Shown: positions 48,300 to 58,547 of the stretch, in pieces
Position numbering within the stretch: the stretch's first letter is position 1
Layout: every line of letters begins with the position of its first letter
Translations under genes and position numbers: made by a program
Notes under the pieces: model-generated
Database searches by the model: none
What the model was told of the DNA's origin: nothing
Seen by the model: only the letters and a program-made list of their open reading frames with translations
Virus record (IMG/VR): IMGVR_UViG_3300022552_000005
Span: 15,805 to 79,804 of that record
DNA from: a virus
Taxonomy: Duplodnaviria; Caudoviricetes
DNA length: 64,000 nucleotides
Reading direction: 5' to 3' (one strand)

Positions 48300-50342
48300 T
48301 TATATTTTGCCAGCTTTTTTGAGGGTAGAAACACAAATTGCCCATGCGCTCGACCTTAATTTATCTTTTTCTTTCTCGTTAGGATCCCGCTTATAACGCT
48401 GCTTAAATCGATCAACAAGCTGTTTATAAACCTTCCGAACGCACCGATCCAAAATTGCTGGCGCTTGAGTTTTATAATAAATGACCGCATCAACCTCATC
48501 CAAATCAACCTCTTCCAGAGAGGTATAACGAGCCATTACGCGCATAGCAACGTCAGAAGCGAGCTCGCGATCTTTTTCGGTTAAATTATTAATATCACAT
48601 CCGCGCGCTTTGGCAATTCTGTTTAATTCTTTATTTTTAATCTGGGAATAAACCTTATAAACCTCTTTGACTTTGCCCATTCCCTTGGGTTTAGCCTCAC
48701 GCTCGACCTTTTGCTGTTCGGGTTCCTCACTAACCTTCTTTGGACGACCGCCCTTTTCGCCTTGCGGACCTTGCATGGAGGGTAAATTTTCCTCTTCGGG
48801 CTCCTCGGCAAGTTTAATATCGGGGTCCTCATAGTCTTTGAAATAATAATCCAACGTATCCACATCGCGAGCAACTGGACCGAATTTGCCGACCTTTTTA
48901 AGGGTATGAGAATAACGAGTATCAAGCTTCTCACGAATCTTATCTTCGCGCTTCATGCGCTTAATCTCAACATCCAGATCTTCGCCGAACCGTTCGAGCA
49001 ACGTCCGGTAAGAAATTACGTTACGGTCAACCAGCTCAAGTAATAGTTGCTTCTCTGCCCGTTCATCGCGCAGACTCATATGAGTAAACTTAACTACTGG
49101 CATTTTGCGCAATCCAGAAGCCTTCGCCAAATACCACAATTGCTTATTAAGCCATTCTAATACTTTACGTCGTCCAGTTTCCAAGCGTTCTAATAAAGTT
49201 CTACAACTAAGGAAAGAATTTGCATAATTGCCACCGGGTCCGCCAATTAATACCTCAGAAATACCAAGTCCAGCCAAAATATCGGCATTAACCTGCTGGT
49301 ATTTAGCGTCGCCGAGAATTTTTCCAGTATCAGGATAATCGCTTTCAATACTGATTAGGTCGTCCCATACGATTGTCTTAGATTTACTGGGGTTCATAAG
49401 CATTTGGGTTAATTTCTCAAAACGCTCTTTAGTAGGGACAAGTCCAGCCCTCGTATCACCGATTTTAAAAATCTGAACCGCATTTTGAATCGATTCCGCA
49501 ATAGAAATATCCATATTGCGAAGCGTCTGCTTAAATTTAAGATCGTCCATTACCCGCCATAACATTGGGGTTGCCCAATCAGCATAAGAATCTTTCTTAT
49601 AATAAATAATACTTAAATTGCGAGCGTTTAGTGGGTATAAACCACGCTTAACAAAATTTTCCCACTCCTGGCGAGTCATCCGACTTTTTAAGTTTTGTAA
49701 TAATTGTTTTGTGCGCGGATCCTTGCTGTTAAGTGTTGACTTAACATCTTCAACATCTAATTGGTAACTATAAGTCCTATCGCCAAAAATATTAGCTCGC
49801 TCAATATTCAACCGTAAAACATCCAAAACAATAAAACGATATGGAACACCAAAACTTTCATCATCGTCTTCAAAAAACATGCCGCCAAATACTTTACGAA
49901 GACGTTTTAGTTCATCACTGTCAATGTCTGCAAAATAAGTCAAAATAGGCACATTTCCATCACGATAAATACCGCGCAAAATCTCTTCTACTACGTCATA
50001 AAGGCGAACCTTCTCCATCCAACGCTTAAATAGTCTCTCAGCAGATTCGCTTTCATGAGTAATAGTAAATCCTTCAAGCGCAAAATCAGTCATAATATCA
50101 ATAACATTACCTATGATTCCAACATTTTCATAAGCATCGCGGCAGCGTTTAATTTTTGTTTTAATATCATCGTGGCTACGCGAAAAAATACTCTCTTGAA
50201 AACTATTACCGCTCAAACGACGAGCAATACTAAAACCACCCTCTGAACGAGACAATAGAAAATCATCTCCTAAAAATTTTGCCATTGAATGCCAATTAGC
50301 AACGGTTTTGTCAAAATTGTCGTTCTTATTCTGTTCCGCCAT
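48300..50342 (-). CDS. Portal protein
   Basis: Directly after terminase; 'GIIGNVIDIMTDF..EGF', helical core, acidic/basic tail; probable start MAEQ at 50342 (track 50378). Confidence 0.75.
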   Translation of the reverse strand: MAEQNKNDNFDKTVANWHSMAKFLGDDFLLSRSEGGFSIARRLSGNSFQESIFSRSHDDIKTKIKRCRDAYENVGIIGNVIDIMTDFALEGFTITHESESAERLFKRWMEKVRLYDVVEEILRGIYRDGNVPILTYFADIDSDELKRLRKVFGGMFFEDDDESFGVPYRFIVLDVLRLNIERANIFGDRTYSYQLDVEDVKSTLNSKDPRTKQLLQNLKSRMTRQEWENFVKRGLYPLNARNLSIIYYKKDSYADWATPMLWRVMDDLKFKQTLRNMDISIAESIQNAVQIFKIGDTRAGLVPTKERFEKLTQMLMNPSKSKTIVWDDLISIESDYPDTGKILGDAKYQQVNADILAGLGISEVLIGGPGGNYANSFLSCRTLLERLETGRRKVLEWLNKQLWYLAKASGLRKMPVVKFTHMSLRDERAEKQLLLELVDRNVISYRTLLERFGEDLDVEIKRMKREDKIREKLDTRYSHTLKKVGKFGPVARDVDTLDYYFKDYEDPDIKLAEEPEEENLPSMQGPQGEKGGRPKKVSEEPEQQKVEREAKPKGMGKVKEVYKVYSQIKNKELNRIAKARGCDINNLTEKDRELASDVAMRVMARYTSLEEVDLDEVDAVIYYKTQAPAILDRCVRKVYKQLVDRFKQRYKRDPNEKEKDKLRSSAWAICVSTLKKAGKI

Positions 50343-50352
50343 TCTCAGCCCC

Positions 50353-52101
50353 CTATAGGAACTCTTCTGCCCAGCCACCTATGCAATCACGCCAGGCTTT
50401 TAACTTTTCTTCTTCTTGTCTATTATCATCTAAATGACATGCTACCCAATTAGCTATTAACAGAGCGCTATATCTATCTTTTCGCGGTTTAACGCCGCGT
50501 TTTTTAGCCTCCATACTAGGCGCAATGTCAAAATGGCGCAATCCACTTTTAGTCTGCGTAACGGTTATCTGTAATAATTCCTTTTTGCACTCACGAATTT
50601 CTTCATAAATGTGCTCTAATTCCTCAATGTTATCATGTTTATAAGTCTCATCTGTTAAAAGAGGAAATACCAATCGACGATCTTCTATATTCTTTTGCAG
50701 CAAAAAGTTAGCTTCTTCAATCCAATTAGGTGTAAAATTAATCATATCAAGAATATATAACCCTTCTTTACTTGGATCGCGATCATCAATACGATAAAGT
50801 GGCAATCGGTCTTTTACAGACTGAAGCATTTCCTCAACCGTTAAACCACCACCACCGGCATCAATGCCAATACGAACGATATTAAACTTATCCATCAACT
50901 CCAAAATCTTGTCAACATTATAAGAGAATTTTTCGTTAATAGCAGTATAACAATAGCGTACTTTCAACCTATCCGCCACCTCTAAAATCACAATGGCAAA
51001 AGCATCGCTTGTTCGCGCAGGATCAACACCCATAACATACTGAGATTTAGGCGATCCCTTTGCCTGGACACTAAAAGCCTCCGAACCTCTTAAAGTAGCA
51101 CCCTCAATTGATTCATATTTGAAAAAACCTCGCGAAGTATCAGCAAATTTACAACAATACTCCATATTAAACAACATTTCACTCATTGTCATACGAGCAT
51201 GGGAAATTAAATCTCGATCAAGCATACCTTCTGGCACTTTATACCATGGAAGCTCAATAATACCATAATCACGCCAATCTATGTGCATGTCGCCATAATC
51301 TTCACCTAAAATATCGGCATATTTATAAGCCGGACCACAAATACGATTATCAATAATTTTTAAATATTGAGTATACATTTTATGAAAATTATCACCAGTA
51401 AACCCAGCCGTTCCCGCAATTACAATTTGGTTTCCCTCATTGGGGCGGCGTTTTCTTTCTTTTTTTTGAGCAGCTTCTTTAATTTTGTCGATTGGGCGTA
51501 ACTGCGTAGCTGCAAAACCGCGAATTACCACATGGAATACTTCTGGATCAACCGAGTCAACCTCGTCAATTAATACATGCGAGGCACGTTCACCACGAAT
51601 CTTTTCACCGTTTCCTAGGGGGAGCGCTTTAATAACGCTATCGCCTACTTCATAAATACAATGATCAATGCTTTGTTTTGGTACACTTTTCGTACATTGA
51701 CGTAATAAGGGAGCCCGTTTATAAATTGCCTTTATCTCTTCAAAAACACGTTTTGCCTGTCGAAAAGAGGCTGAAACAATAATAACTTTACTTCCTTGAT
51801 CAAATAAAGCTCGTAAAATAGCGTAAACAGCTAATGTAAAAGTCTTACTTGCACCACGTGAAGCTAACAAAATCGGATATTTTTTATTCCATAACATATA
51901 CAAAAATGCCGATTGAAAAGGGGCAACCTCAGTATTAAGAATATATTTACAAGCCCATGGAAGTGAATAAAATGATAATAACGCAACTTCAGCTAATGGA
52001 TTATCAATTTCGGGAATCCATTCACAATCCTCAAGCGGATTGATCAATAAAGAAGGATCAATAGGATTGGGGTACCAATAATCAGGCTTGATTATTGCCA
52101 T
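50353..52101 (-). CDS. terL: Terminase large subunit
   Basis: Walker A 'ASRGASKT', Walker B 'VLIDEVD', nuclease 'GVDPART', 'KDRYSAL'. Confidence 0.92.
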   Translation of the reverse strand: MAIIKPDYWYPNPIDPSLLINPLEDCEWIPEIDNPLAEVALLSFYSLPWACKYILNTEVAPFQSAFLYMLWNKKYPILLASRGASKTFTLAVYAILRALFDQGSKVIIVSASFRQAKRVFEEIKAIYKRAPLLRQCTKSVPKQSIDHCIYEVGDSVIKALPLGNGEKIRGERASHVLIDEVDSVDPEVFHVVIRGFAATQLRPIDKIKEAAQKKERKRRPNEGNQIVIAGTAGFTGDNFHKMYTQYLKIIDNRICGPAYKYADILGEDYGDMHIDWRDYGIIELPWYKVPEGMLDRDLISHARMTMSEMLFNMEYCCKFADTSRGFFKYESIEGATLRGSEAFSVQAKGSPKSQYVMGVDPARTSDAFAIVILEVADRLKVRYCYTAINEKFSYNVDKILELMDKFNIVRIGIDAGGGGLTVEEMLQSVKDRLPLYRIDDRDPSKEGLYILDMINFTPNWIEEANFLLQKNIEDRRLVFPLLTDETYKHDNIEELEHIYEEIRECKKELLQITVTQTKSGLRHFDIAPSMEAKKRGVKPRKDRYSALLIANWVACHLDDNRQEEEKLKAWRDCIGGWAEEFL

Positions 52102-52615
52102 TTTGATCTTCGAGCCAATATTTATATGCTTTTCTCAAAATCCACCGCACAAATTGCTGTGCGCGCTTTTTTGTACCACCAAATATAATATGAATGCCGC
52201 GTCGCATCATAATGCTAAACAAATTACCTAAAATTGCATTCGGATGCATACGGGTAAAACGATGACGTTTATAAATATCCGACCAGTAACCTTCTACAAT
52301 AATAAATTTATACTTCACATGGTCCATCCTATCAAGTTCACGCATAAAGCGGTCACGCTGTTTCCCTAAACAACTGCAAAGTTCATCAATGGAATTTTTG
52401 CGTTCAATAATAACATAATCCTCAAGTCCTTCAAGCGTATAGTCGCCATAATCAAGTTTTTTAACTTTCATTCCGGCACAACTAACGGTTTTGCGAAAAT
52501 TATAACCATCACGTTCACGAGAATCACGGATGATATAGGGAAGTCTAAGCGAAATCATCCGTGCTGTTCGACTTGATTTCTTCGATTTCTTCTTTGGTTT
52601 TTTGTTTTGACGCAT
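52082..52615 (-). CDS. ERCC4/XPF-domain nuclease
   Basis: 'IIRDSRE','LDYGDY','IIERKNSIDEL','FIIVEG'. Confidence 0.85.
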   Translation of the reverse strand: MRQNKKPKKKSKKSSRTARMISLRLPYIIRDSRERDGYNFRKTVSCAGMKVKKLDYGDYTLEGLEDYVIIERKNSIDELCSCLGKQRDRFMRELDRMDHVKYKFIIVEGYWSDIYKRHRFTRMHPNAILGNLFSIMMRRGIHIIFGGTKKRAQQFVRWILRKAYKYWLEDQNGNNQA

Positions 52616-53393
52616 TCTTCTGCTTAACGTAGCTTTCTGGCAATTTACCTAACTTGAAATTCTTTCCTAAATCGATCTTCTCAACGCCGAACATTAAACC
52701 ATCATCAATAAGGTCGTTGACCGCTTCTTCCATTCTGAACTTCAACATTGTGGCTTCTTCGCCCGCCATTTTGCGGATGCCCATATCATTTAATTCTTTA
52801 ATTAAGTTAGTAAAATTAGTGCTGCTATCGGCTTGTCTTTGAAGTCGCTGAGCACGTTCTAAATCAAGGCTTTTCTTAATCTTGAGAATTGTTTCGTTTT
52901 TATCTTTAATTGCTCGCGAATAATCAATAAACGGATCGCCACGTTTTCTGGCTTCGTATTCCTCTTTCTGAAGGCGCATCAAAGCAATCTGCGCCATCGT
53001 CAATTCATGAATATCGTCTTCTTCATGAATAGTTATTGTCTCAATATCGGGCGAGGAAAAATATTCTACGTACTTCTCCTCATAAAAACGTAACTCTTCA
53101 GGAGATAACATTTTCTTGACCAACTGATAGCGCGGGCGCGAACGCAACTGTTTCAAATAATACTTACGGCGTTCGAGCGGGTTTAATAGGCGAGCCTGTT
53201 TATTTATTTTGTCTACATTCAGTTCAACATCATAACCTGGCACTTTAATCAATTTAAGTTTTTTGCGCCAACGTCCAACAACATGAACTGGCACATTAAG
53301 ATAAGCGGCGATCTCAGCATCGCTCATCTTATTATAGTTTTGCTTAATAAACTTTTCAGCTTCGGGTGTTAGATTATATTTTTTAGCTCCCAT
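52545..53393 (-). CDS. Putative terminase small subunit / HTH protein
   Basis: N-terminal HTH ('MSDAEIAAYLNVP...VGRWRKKL'), coiled coil, upstream of terL. Confidence 0.5.
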   Translation of the reverse strand: MGAKKYNLTPEAEKFIKQNYNKMSDAEIAAYLNVPVHVVGRWRKKLKLIKVPGYDVELNVDKINKQARLLNPLERRKYYLKQLRSRPRYQLVKKMLSPEELRFYEEKYVEYFSSPDIETITIHEEDDIHELTMAQIALMRLQKEEYEARKRGDPFIDYSRAIKDKNETILKIKKSLDLERAQRLQRQADSSTNFTNLIKELNDMGIRKMAGEEATMLKFRMEEAVNDLIDDGLMFGVEKIDLGKNFKLGKLPESYVKQKNASKQKTKEEIEEIKSNSTDDFA

Positions 53394-53998
53394 TATCCGC
53401 CGCGCCGACGTTCGACCAACTTACTTAGACATTCGGGGCATTTGGTTCCAAAACTACCATCTACGGTCCCCTCTAAAACCACTTTCTTACCACAGCCGCT
53501 GCATTTAACAATAGTAGATTTTGGAGATGGTTTTGGTTTAGGCGAAGAGTTCTTCTTGTTAACCGGTTTATTTTTCTTTGGTTTCTTTTTTGGTACATTA
53601 ATAATAATCGCTTCGTCTTCTTTAGATTCGACAGGTGACTCATCACCAAGATCAGCAACGTCGATTGTGTCACTCTTAAGGGAAGAAACCGAATTATTAT
53701 CTACTCCAACTTCACTGACAAACAAATCAAATTTTGTGCTACTACAATAAGGACAAGCTAATACAGCATTAAATTTCAAATCGGCATTATTGTTTGTAAG
53801 AAACGTCCCCGCTTCAGCAGTAAAAACAATTTTCAGATTGTTATAATTCTCAATTAAACTCTTACAATTAGCACAGCGAAAGACATACCGATTACTCGAT
53901 GTACCGTTCGACAACATACCTAACCTCCTCATATAACCGCTCATAATCTTTATTAGACAGACCAGAACCCGCCAAATAACACTCAAACAAATATGCAC
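53393..53998 (-). CDS. Zinc-ribbon protein
   Basis: CANC, CPYC, CSGC, CPEC pairs with a Lys/Pro-rich linker. Confidence 0.55.
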   Translation of the reverse strand: MHICLSVIWRVLVCLIKIMSGYMRRLGMLSNGTSSNRYVFRCANCKSLIENYNNLKIVFTAEAGTFLTNNNADLKFNAVLACPYCSSTKFDLFVSEVGVDNNSVSSLKSDTIDVADLGDESPVESKEDEAIIINVPKKKPKKNKPVNKKNSSPKPKPSPKSTIVKCSGCGKKVVLEGTVDGSFGTKCPECLSKLVERRRGG

Positions 53999-54518
53999 CG
54001 TCCGGCGACAAATAATTTCTAATTGCCACTATTTTATCTTCATACCGAACAGCAACGTCGCTTGTACTAATTTGATCGGCAAGTTCATCTAACCCGATTT
54101 TCATAAATGAAACATTTTCCTTACGTTTTTTCATTTCTATATAACGACGATAACGCGGACATTGAGTTGGATCTTTATAAAGACGACATTCATCTTTGTC
54201 ATAATATAAGCAATAAAAACAAGTATTGCTGCGCCGCACCGTATAACGTCGCATAATATCGCGAATATGATTGTCAATACAACGACCCAAAAAATTATAA
54301 GCAGTGTAAACGCCTGGTCGAAAATGTTTAATAACATTCCAACATTTAAGACGCAATTCTTGGGCTACGTCATCAAGATCATACCCCGGAATAACAAAAT
54401 TTGCCTTATTGAGCTTAATATTTATTAAATATTCAACAATTTCAGCTACATCAGAATAGTCAATAGGTAATCCGTTATTATATTTCTCTATTATTCTTCG
54501 TTCGGTTTCTTCAAACAT
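53892..54518 (-). CDS. Sigma70-family-like phage sigma factor
   Basis: Region 2-like 'GYDLDDVAQELRLKCW...F.P....NFLGRCIDNHIRDIMRR'. Confidence 0.65.
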   Translation of the reverse strand: MFEETERRIIEKYNNGLPIDYSDVAEIVEYLINIKLNKANFVIPGYDLDDVAQELRLKCWNVIKHFRPGVYTAYNFLGRCIDNHIRDIMRRYTVRRSNTCFYCLYYDKDECRLYKDPTQCPRYRRYIEMKKRKENVSFMKIGLDELADQISTSDVAVRYEDKIVAIRNYLSPDGAYLFECYLAGSGLSNKDYERLYEEVRYVVERYIE

Positions 54519-54655
54519 TCCTGTGCGACTCCGCTAGGGACAATTTCTGGACCAATAAATTTTACTTTCGGTGGGAGGGTGCCAGCTTTTACAATACTGT
54601 CAATACAATGGCACTTTAACTTTCCACAGATTTCACAATGCTTCTTATCGTCCAT
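54491..54655 (-). CDS. Small Cys-rich hypothetical protein
   Basis: Probable start MDDKKHCEICG at 54655 with RBS GGAG (track start 54751). Confidence 0.35.
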   Translation of the reverse strand: MDDKKHCEICGKLKCHCIDSIVKAGTLPPKVKFIGPEIVPSGVAQECLKKPNEE

Positions 54656-54941
54656 TTTCAATCTCCCGGAGACATGAGCACATGTCCAGTGTAGTGAACT
54701 TAGTTCCATCAGACAGCGTGACCTCAAGCAGTCCCCGATACCCAAAACCAAAACATTTTGAACAATTTTTCTTAACGCGAAAAGTTTTTCCGTTCTTCAT
54801 CTTCAAAATGCGACCATCATTATTATCGAAAGCCTCTTCTACATTGTGAACAACAACATCTTGATAGCGCTGAACGATTTCCCGATCAAACCGGCTTGGT
54901 GTTGATTGGTTCATTTCGCCTCCATAGGGTATAATCGCCAA
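54645..54941 (-). CDS. Small Zn-finger hypothetical protein
   Basis: 'CSKCFGFG' and 'CSC'; RBS-like GGAGG near start. Confidence 0.5.
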   Translation of the reverse strand: MAIIPYGGEMNQSTPSRFDREIVQRYQDVVVHNVEEAFDNNDGRILKMKNGKTFRVKKNCSKCFGFGYRGLLEVTLSDGTKFTTLDMCSCLREIENGR

Positions 54942-54953
54942 TTATTTATACGG

Positions 54954-57900
54954 TTAGATACTACATCTTCCCCAACCACAGTTCAGGCAACGCAAACAAC
55001 CTTCTACGGTCTTTAATCTATCACCACATTCTGGACAAATCGCCTCTTCTTCTACATCACTCATTGTAAACGGGCTAGACTCAATAAAAGCGTAAAAATC
55101 ACCAACTGCCGACTTAGGAATATAAACTTCATTTTCTTTAATTTTAACCTCAAAACCTACCTTATTAGCCAACATCCACATAAAAGATTTTAATATTTTA
55201 CCATTTCTACTATTAGTAATAAACTTGATACCCCCATGCCCTGTTCGTTGAGCTCCGACTAAAAAAAGATGACGCACAAAATGTGGCGTTAATAATTCAT
55301 GTAAATCCTTTCTGCTTAGTTGTAAAACATTATCCTTAACTGGTAAAGCACAAATATCTTTCAGAAATGCCGTATCAAAGTAATAATAAACTTTATCGGT
55401 CGCAATGCTCATAATATTAGTACAACTAATTCCATTAGCTATAAACTTCGCACGAACACTAGTGGCATAATCTAAATGATCAATAACTTGTCGATAGGAT
55501 CCTTGGTTATTAATAACAGTAATCTTTGAATGTCCTACCATTAAATTAGCAATAATAATTTCGCGCAAAATAGACGTTAATTTAACTTTGCTGTAGTTTT
55601 TAGCTGTGTCGAATTCGCTTTTCTTAATCCCGTAACGTTTTAATTTACTAAACACCATCTGTTCCGAAACGCCTAATAGCTCAGAAATCTCTTTAGCGGT
55701 TAATCCTTCACGGCAAAACTTTTGAATAAGAAATTCGCGTAATTCATCATGATATTTTTCATCGCTGCTTTTCAGGCTCAAAACACCCTCTTTGCAACCT
55801 TCACGGAAAATAGTTACCCCTTTGCAACCCCACTTCCATGCAAGAAAATAAATATCTTCTACATCTTTTACACTAATATCAGCTGGACAATTAATCGTTT
55901 TTGAAATCCCAGAATCGACATATTTTTGTGCGGCGGCTTGCATCGCCAAATGATCTGTATAATGTATATCATGAGCACATTTGAAAAGTTCTTTAATATC
56001 TTTGGGCAACCAATCAATCTTTTGAATAGTGCCTTTCTGTTTTAATTCTTCGATAACCTTATCAACATCAATTCCCCGTTCTCTTAGCTTGCACTCAAAA
56101 CGTTCATTTAAGACAGTTAAAACATCACCATCGGCTGTACGACGTTGATAATAAACATTATAGTAAGGTTCAATGCTATGTGAAACACCGGCAATAATCG
56201 CAACGCTACCAGTAGGTTGCGCCGTAGTGAAAAAAGCATTGCGGACTTTAATTCCCTTTTTATCCCAATAAGATCCCTTATACAGCTTAAAAACACCGCG
56301 TTGTTCGGCAAGCTTCTTAGATTCTTCGATGGCATATTCGTTAATTCTTTTATAAATTTCAGACAATAAGTTACGTGCCTCAACCGAATCATAAGGAATA
56401 CCTAAATCAACTAATATATCAGCAAATCCCATCACGCCAATACCAATGCCACGTGTAGATTTGGTCATTTTCTCGATTTCTTTAAGGGGATAGGCACTAA
56501 CATCAATGGCGTTGTCAGCAACATGAACTATCGCTTGAACTGTTTGTCGAAGTTTTTCCCAATCGATTTGACCGTTCTTAATATGTTTGGTAAGATTGAT
56601 GGCGTTGAGATTACAGGATTCGTAAGGATGCATAAAAATCTCACTGCAATTTGAAGTAATTAAACCACTTACGATACCCCAATGTGTCAATGGTTCAGTA
56701 AAATCATATACATCTTCTTCGCCGTAATCTACTACATCAACAACCAAGCTGTCGCTTACTATACCAAGCAACTGCTCAAGCCGCTGGTTTTTATATTCAT
56801 GAATGAAACCAATCAAATAATAAAACTTGAAAATACCATCCATATTTCCTATATTCAAATCATAAGATTCTCGACAATGATAAGTGCCATTCTTGAATTT
56901 AATTTTTTGACTCTTGTTTGTTGTGATATAAGATTTAATATTAAACCGCAACAAAAGTTCCTGTACTTGTTCAGCCAATTTACGACAGGTTGTTTTAAGC
57001 GTAATACGATGGTACTTCTTAGGGTTTAAGATCGACCCATTCGCACTATACAATCCACACAAAAACGAACGAATCCGCCTTTCATCCCAGTCAAAAATAG
57101 TCGATGGCAAAGTTCTATATGGCAAAGTACGAAAATCAAAACCCAATAATCCTAAAATATTATCAAATTCACGTGTGGTTACATATCTTACATTACTTTC
57201 ATATCCAAAATAAGACAAAACATCGCCATCCTTTTGCCCAAAACAAATTCGTAAATGATCACCAACCATTAATCGCGACAAAATACCGTCACCCTGGATA
57301 TACCCCAATTTCACAAACAAAGGATCGTGTCCTCGTAACGGGCGATATTTTGCTATTCTTTTGCCTTTCAAATCGGCAGCTTGAACAACCTCTCCATCTT
57401 CGGTTAAATACTTATGATCTGGCGTGCAAATTATCTCATTACCATCATTAAAAACAAGCTTTACTACCTTCTTCTTGCCAGAATACCATACTTTACCATG
57501 AACAATATCACCCTGAGCATTAACCAATCTGCCATCTTGGCAGACCAGATCCTTAATTTTGACAAAACCACGCGGAGTTAACAATTTTGAACTGCCAAAA
57601 TGGCAGGGGTTGCTTGCTTCAATTCTCCCCAGCTGGGAGAGTTTATCATGTTTGTTTACTGTATCAATAAATACTACTCCTGGATCCCCACTCCTCCAAG
57701 CATATTCACAAATCATTCTAAATAATTTTCGGGCTTTAATAGTTTTGACCACTTTTTTAGTTGAGGGTGAAATGAGATGCCAATCTTCATCGTTCGCAAC
57801 GGCATTCATAAATTTATCAGTTAATTTTACGGACAAATTAAAACTCGTAATCTGTTGCAATTTTTTCAATTCGAGTTTAGCAAAATTACGTAATACCTTA

Positions 57901-58547
57901 TCCTGAGTTGTTAAAATAATTTTCATCAATCTGTTAATTTCTGGCAAATTACGCGATTTTATACTAATAAAATCAATAATATCAGGATGACTAACATCTA
58001 AAAACGCAATCGAAGCAGCCCGCCTTACTCCACCCTGTACAACTACCTCAGACGACTTATTAAATACTTCTAAGAAAGACAATGGTCCAGACGAAACACC
58101 ACCAGCAGTTTTTACTGGGGCACCTTTCTCACGTAATGGAGACAGATCGATTCCAACTCCACCAGCATGCTGATAAATTTTTGCCGCCTCCCCCATACAC
58201 TTATAAATGCTTTCAATAGAATCCTCCAAAGGAATCACAAAACATGAAAACAAACCGCCAACTTTTTCCCTTTCAGGATCACGCGCATTAAACAGATATG
58301 GGGACGCCGGAACAAAATCTAAATCTAATAAAGAATTAAGAATCCTATTATACCAATATTCATAATTTTTCTTACCATACTTCTTCTCCGGATATGCTAC
58401 ACATCGCGCAACACGCTCGAATAATTGACGTGGTGTTTCGATAATTTCTCCTTTTTCGTTACGTCGCAAATAACGTTGTTCTAGCAAAAAAAGAGCGTGT
58501 TCTGTCAAAACCGGACGTTTATCTACCACTTGCCCCTCCGCTAACAA
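54954..58547 (-). CDS. nrdJ: Class II (B12-dependent) ribonucleotide reductase, intein-containing
   Basis: 'PASPYLFNA','SCFVIP','GGVRRAA','GDPG','SNPC..CSE','CNL','AQPTGS','DSGISKTIN','KGVTIFREG', terminal Zn ribbon; no NrdB seen in window. Confidence 0.92.
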   Translation of the reverse strand: MLAEGQVVDKRPVLTEHALFLLEQRYLRRNEKGEIIETPRQLFERVARCVAYPEKKYGKKNYEYWYNRILNSLLDLDFVPASPYLFNARDPEREKVGGLFSCFVIPLEDSIESIYKCMGEAAKIYQHAGGVGIDLSPLREKGAPVKTAGGVSSGPLSFLEVFNKSSEVVVQGGVRRAASIAFLDVSHPDIIDFISIKSRNLPEINRLMKIILTTQDKVLRNFAKLELKKLQQITSFNLSVKLTDKFMNAVANDEDWHLISPSTKKVVKTIKARKLFRMICEYAWRSGDPGVVFIDTVNKHDKLSQLGRIEASNPCHFGSSKLLTPRGFVKIKDLVCQDGRLVNAQGDIVHGKVWYSGKKKVVKLVFNDGNEIICTPDHKYLTEDGEVVQAADLKGKRIAKYRPLRGHDPLFVKLGYIQGDGILSRLMVGDHLRICFGQKDGDVLSYFGYESNVRYVTTREFDNILGLLGFDFRTLPYRTLPSTIFDWDERRIRSFLCGLYSANGSILNPKKYHRITLKTTCRKLAEQVQELLLRFNIKSYITTNKSQKIKFKNGTYHCRESYDLNIGNMDGIFKFYYLIGFIHEYKNQRLEQLLGIVSDSLVVDVVDYGEEDVYDFTEPLTHWGIVSGLITSNCSEIFMHPYESCNLNAINLTKHIKNGQIDWEKLRQTVQAIVHVADNAIDVSAYPLKEIEKMTKSTRGIGIGVMGFADILVDLGIPYDSVEARNLLSEIYKRINEYAIEESKKLAEQRGVFKLYKGSYWDKKGIKVRNAFFTTAQPTGSVAIIAGVSHSIEPYYNVYYQRRTADGDVLTVLNERFECKLRERGIDVDKVIEELKQKGTIQKIDWLPKDIKELFKCAHDIHYTDHLAMQAAAQKYVDSGISKTINCPADISVKDVEDIYFLAWKWGCKGVTIFREGCKEGVLSLKSSDEKYHDELREFLIQKFCREGLTAKEISELLGVSEQMVFSKLKRYGIKKSEFDTAKNYSKVKLTSILREIIIANLMVGHSKITVINNQGSYRQVIDHLDYATSVRAKFIANGISCTNIMSIATDKVYYYFDTAFLKDICALPVKDNVLQLSRKDLHELLTPHFVRHLFLVGAQRTGHGGIKFITNSRNGKILKSFMWMLANKVGFEVKIKENEVYIPKSAVGDFYAFIESSPFTMSDVEEEAICPECGDRLKTVEGCLRCLNCGWGRCSI
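56649..57605 (-). mobile_element. Intein (319 aa) with LAGLIDADG homing endonuclease in NrdJ
   Basis: Splits NP|CSE; starts Cys (CHFGSSKLLTPRG), block B 'CTPDH', 'LGYIQGDG', 'FLCGLYSANG', ends ITSN before Cys+1. Confidence 0.9.
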
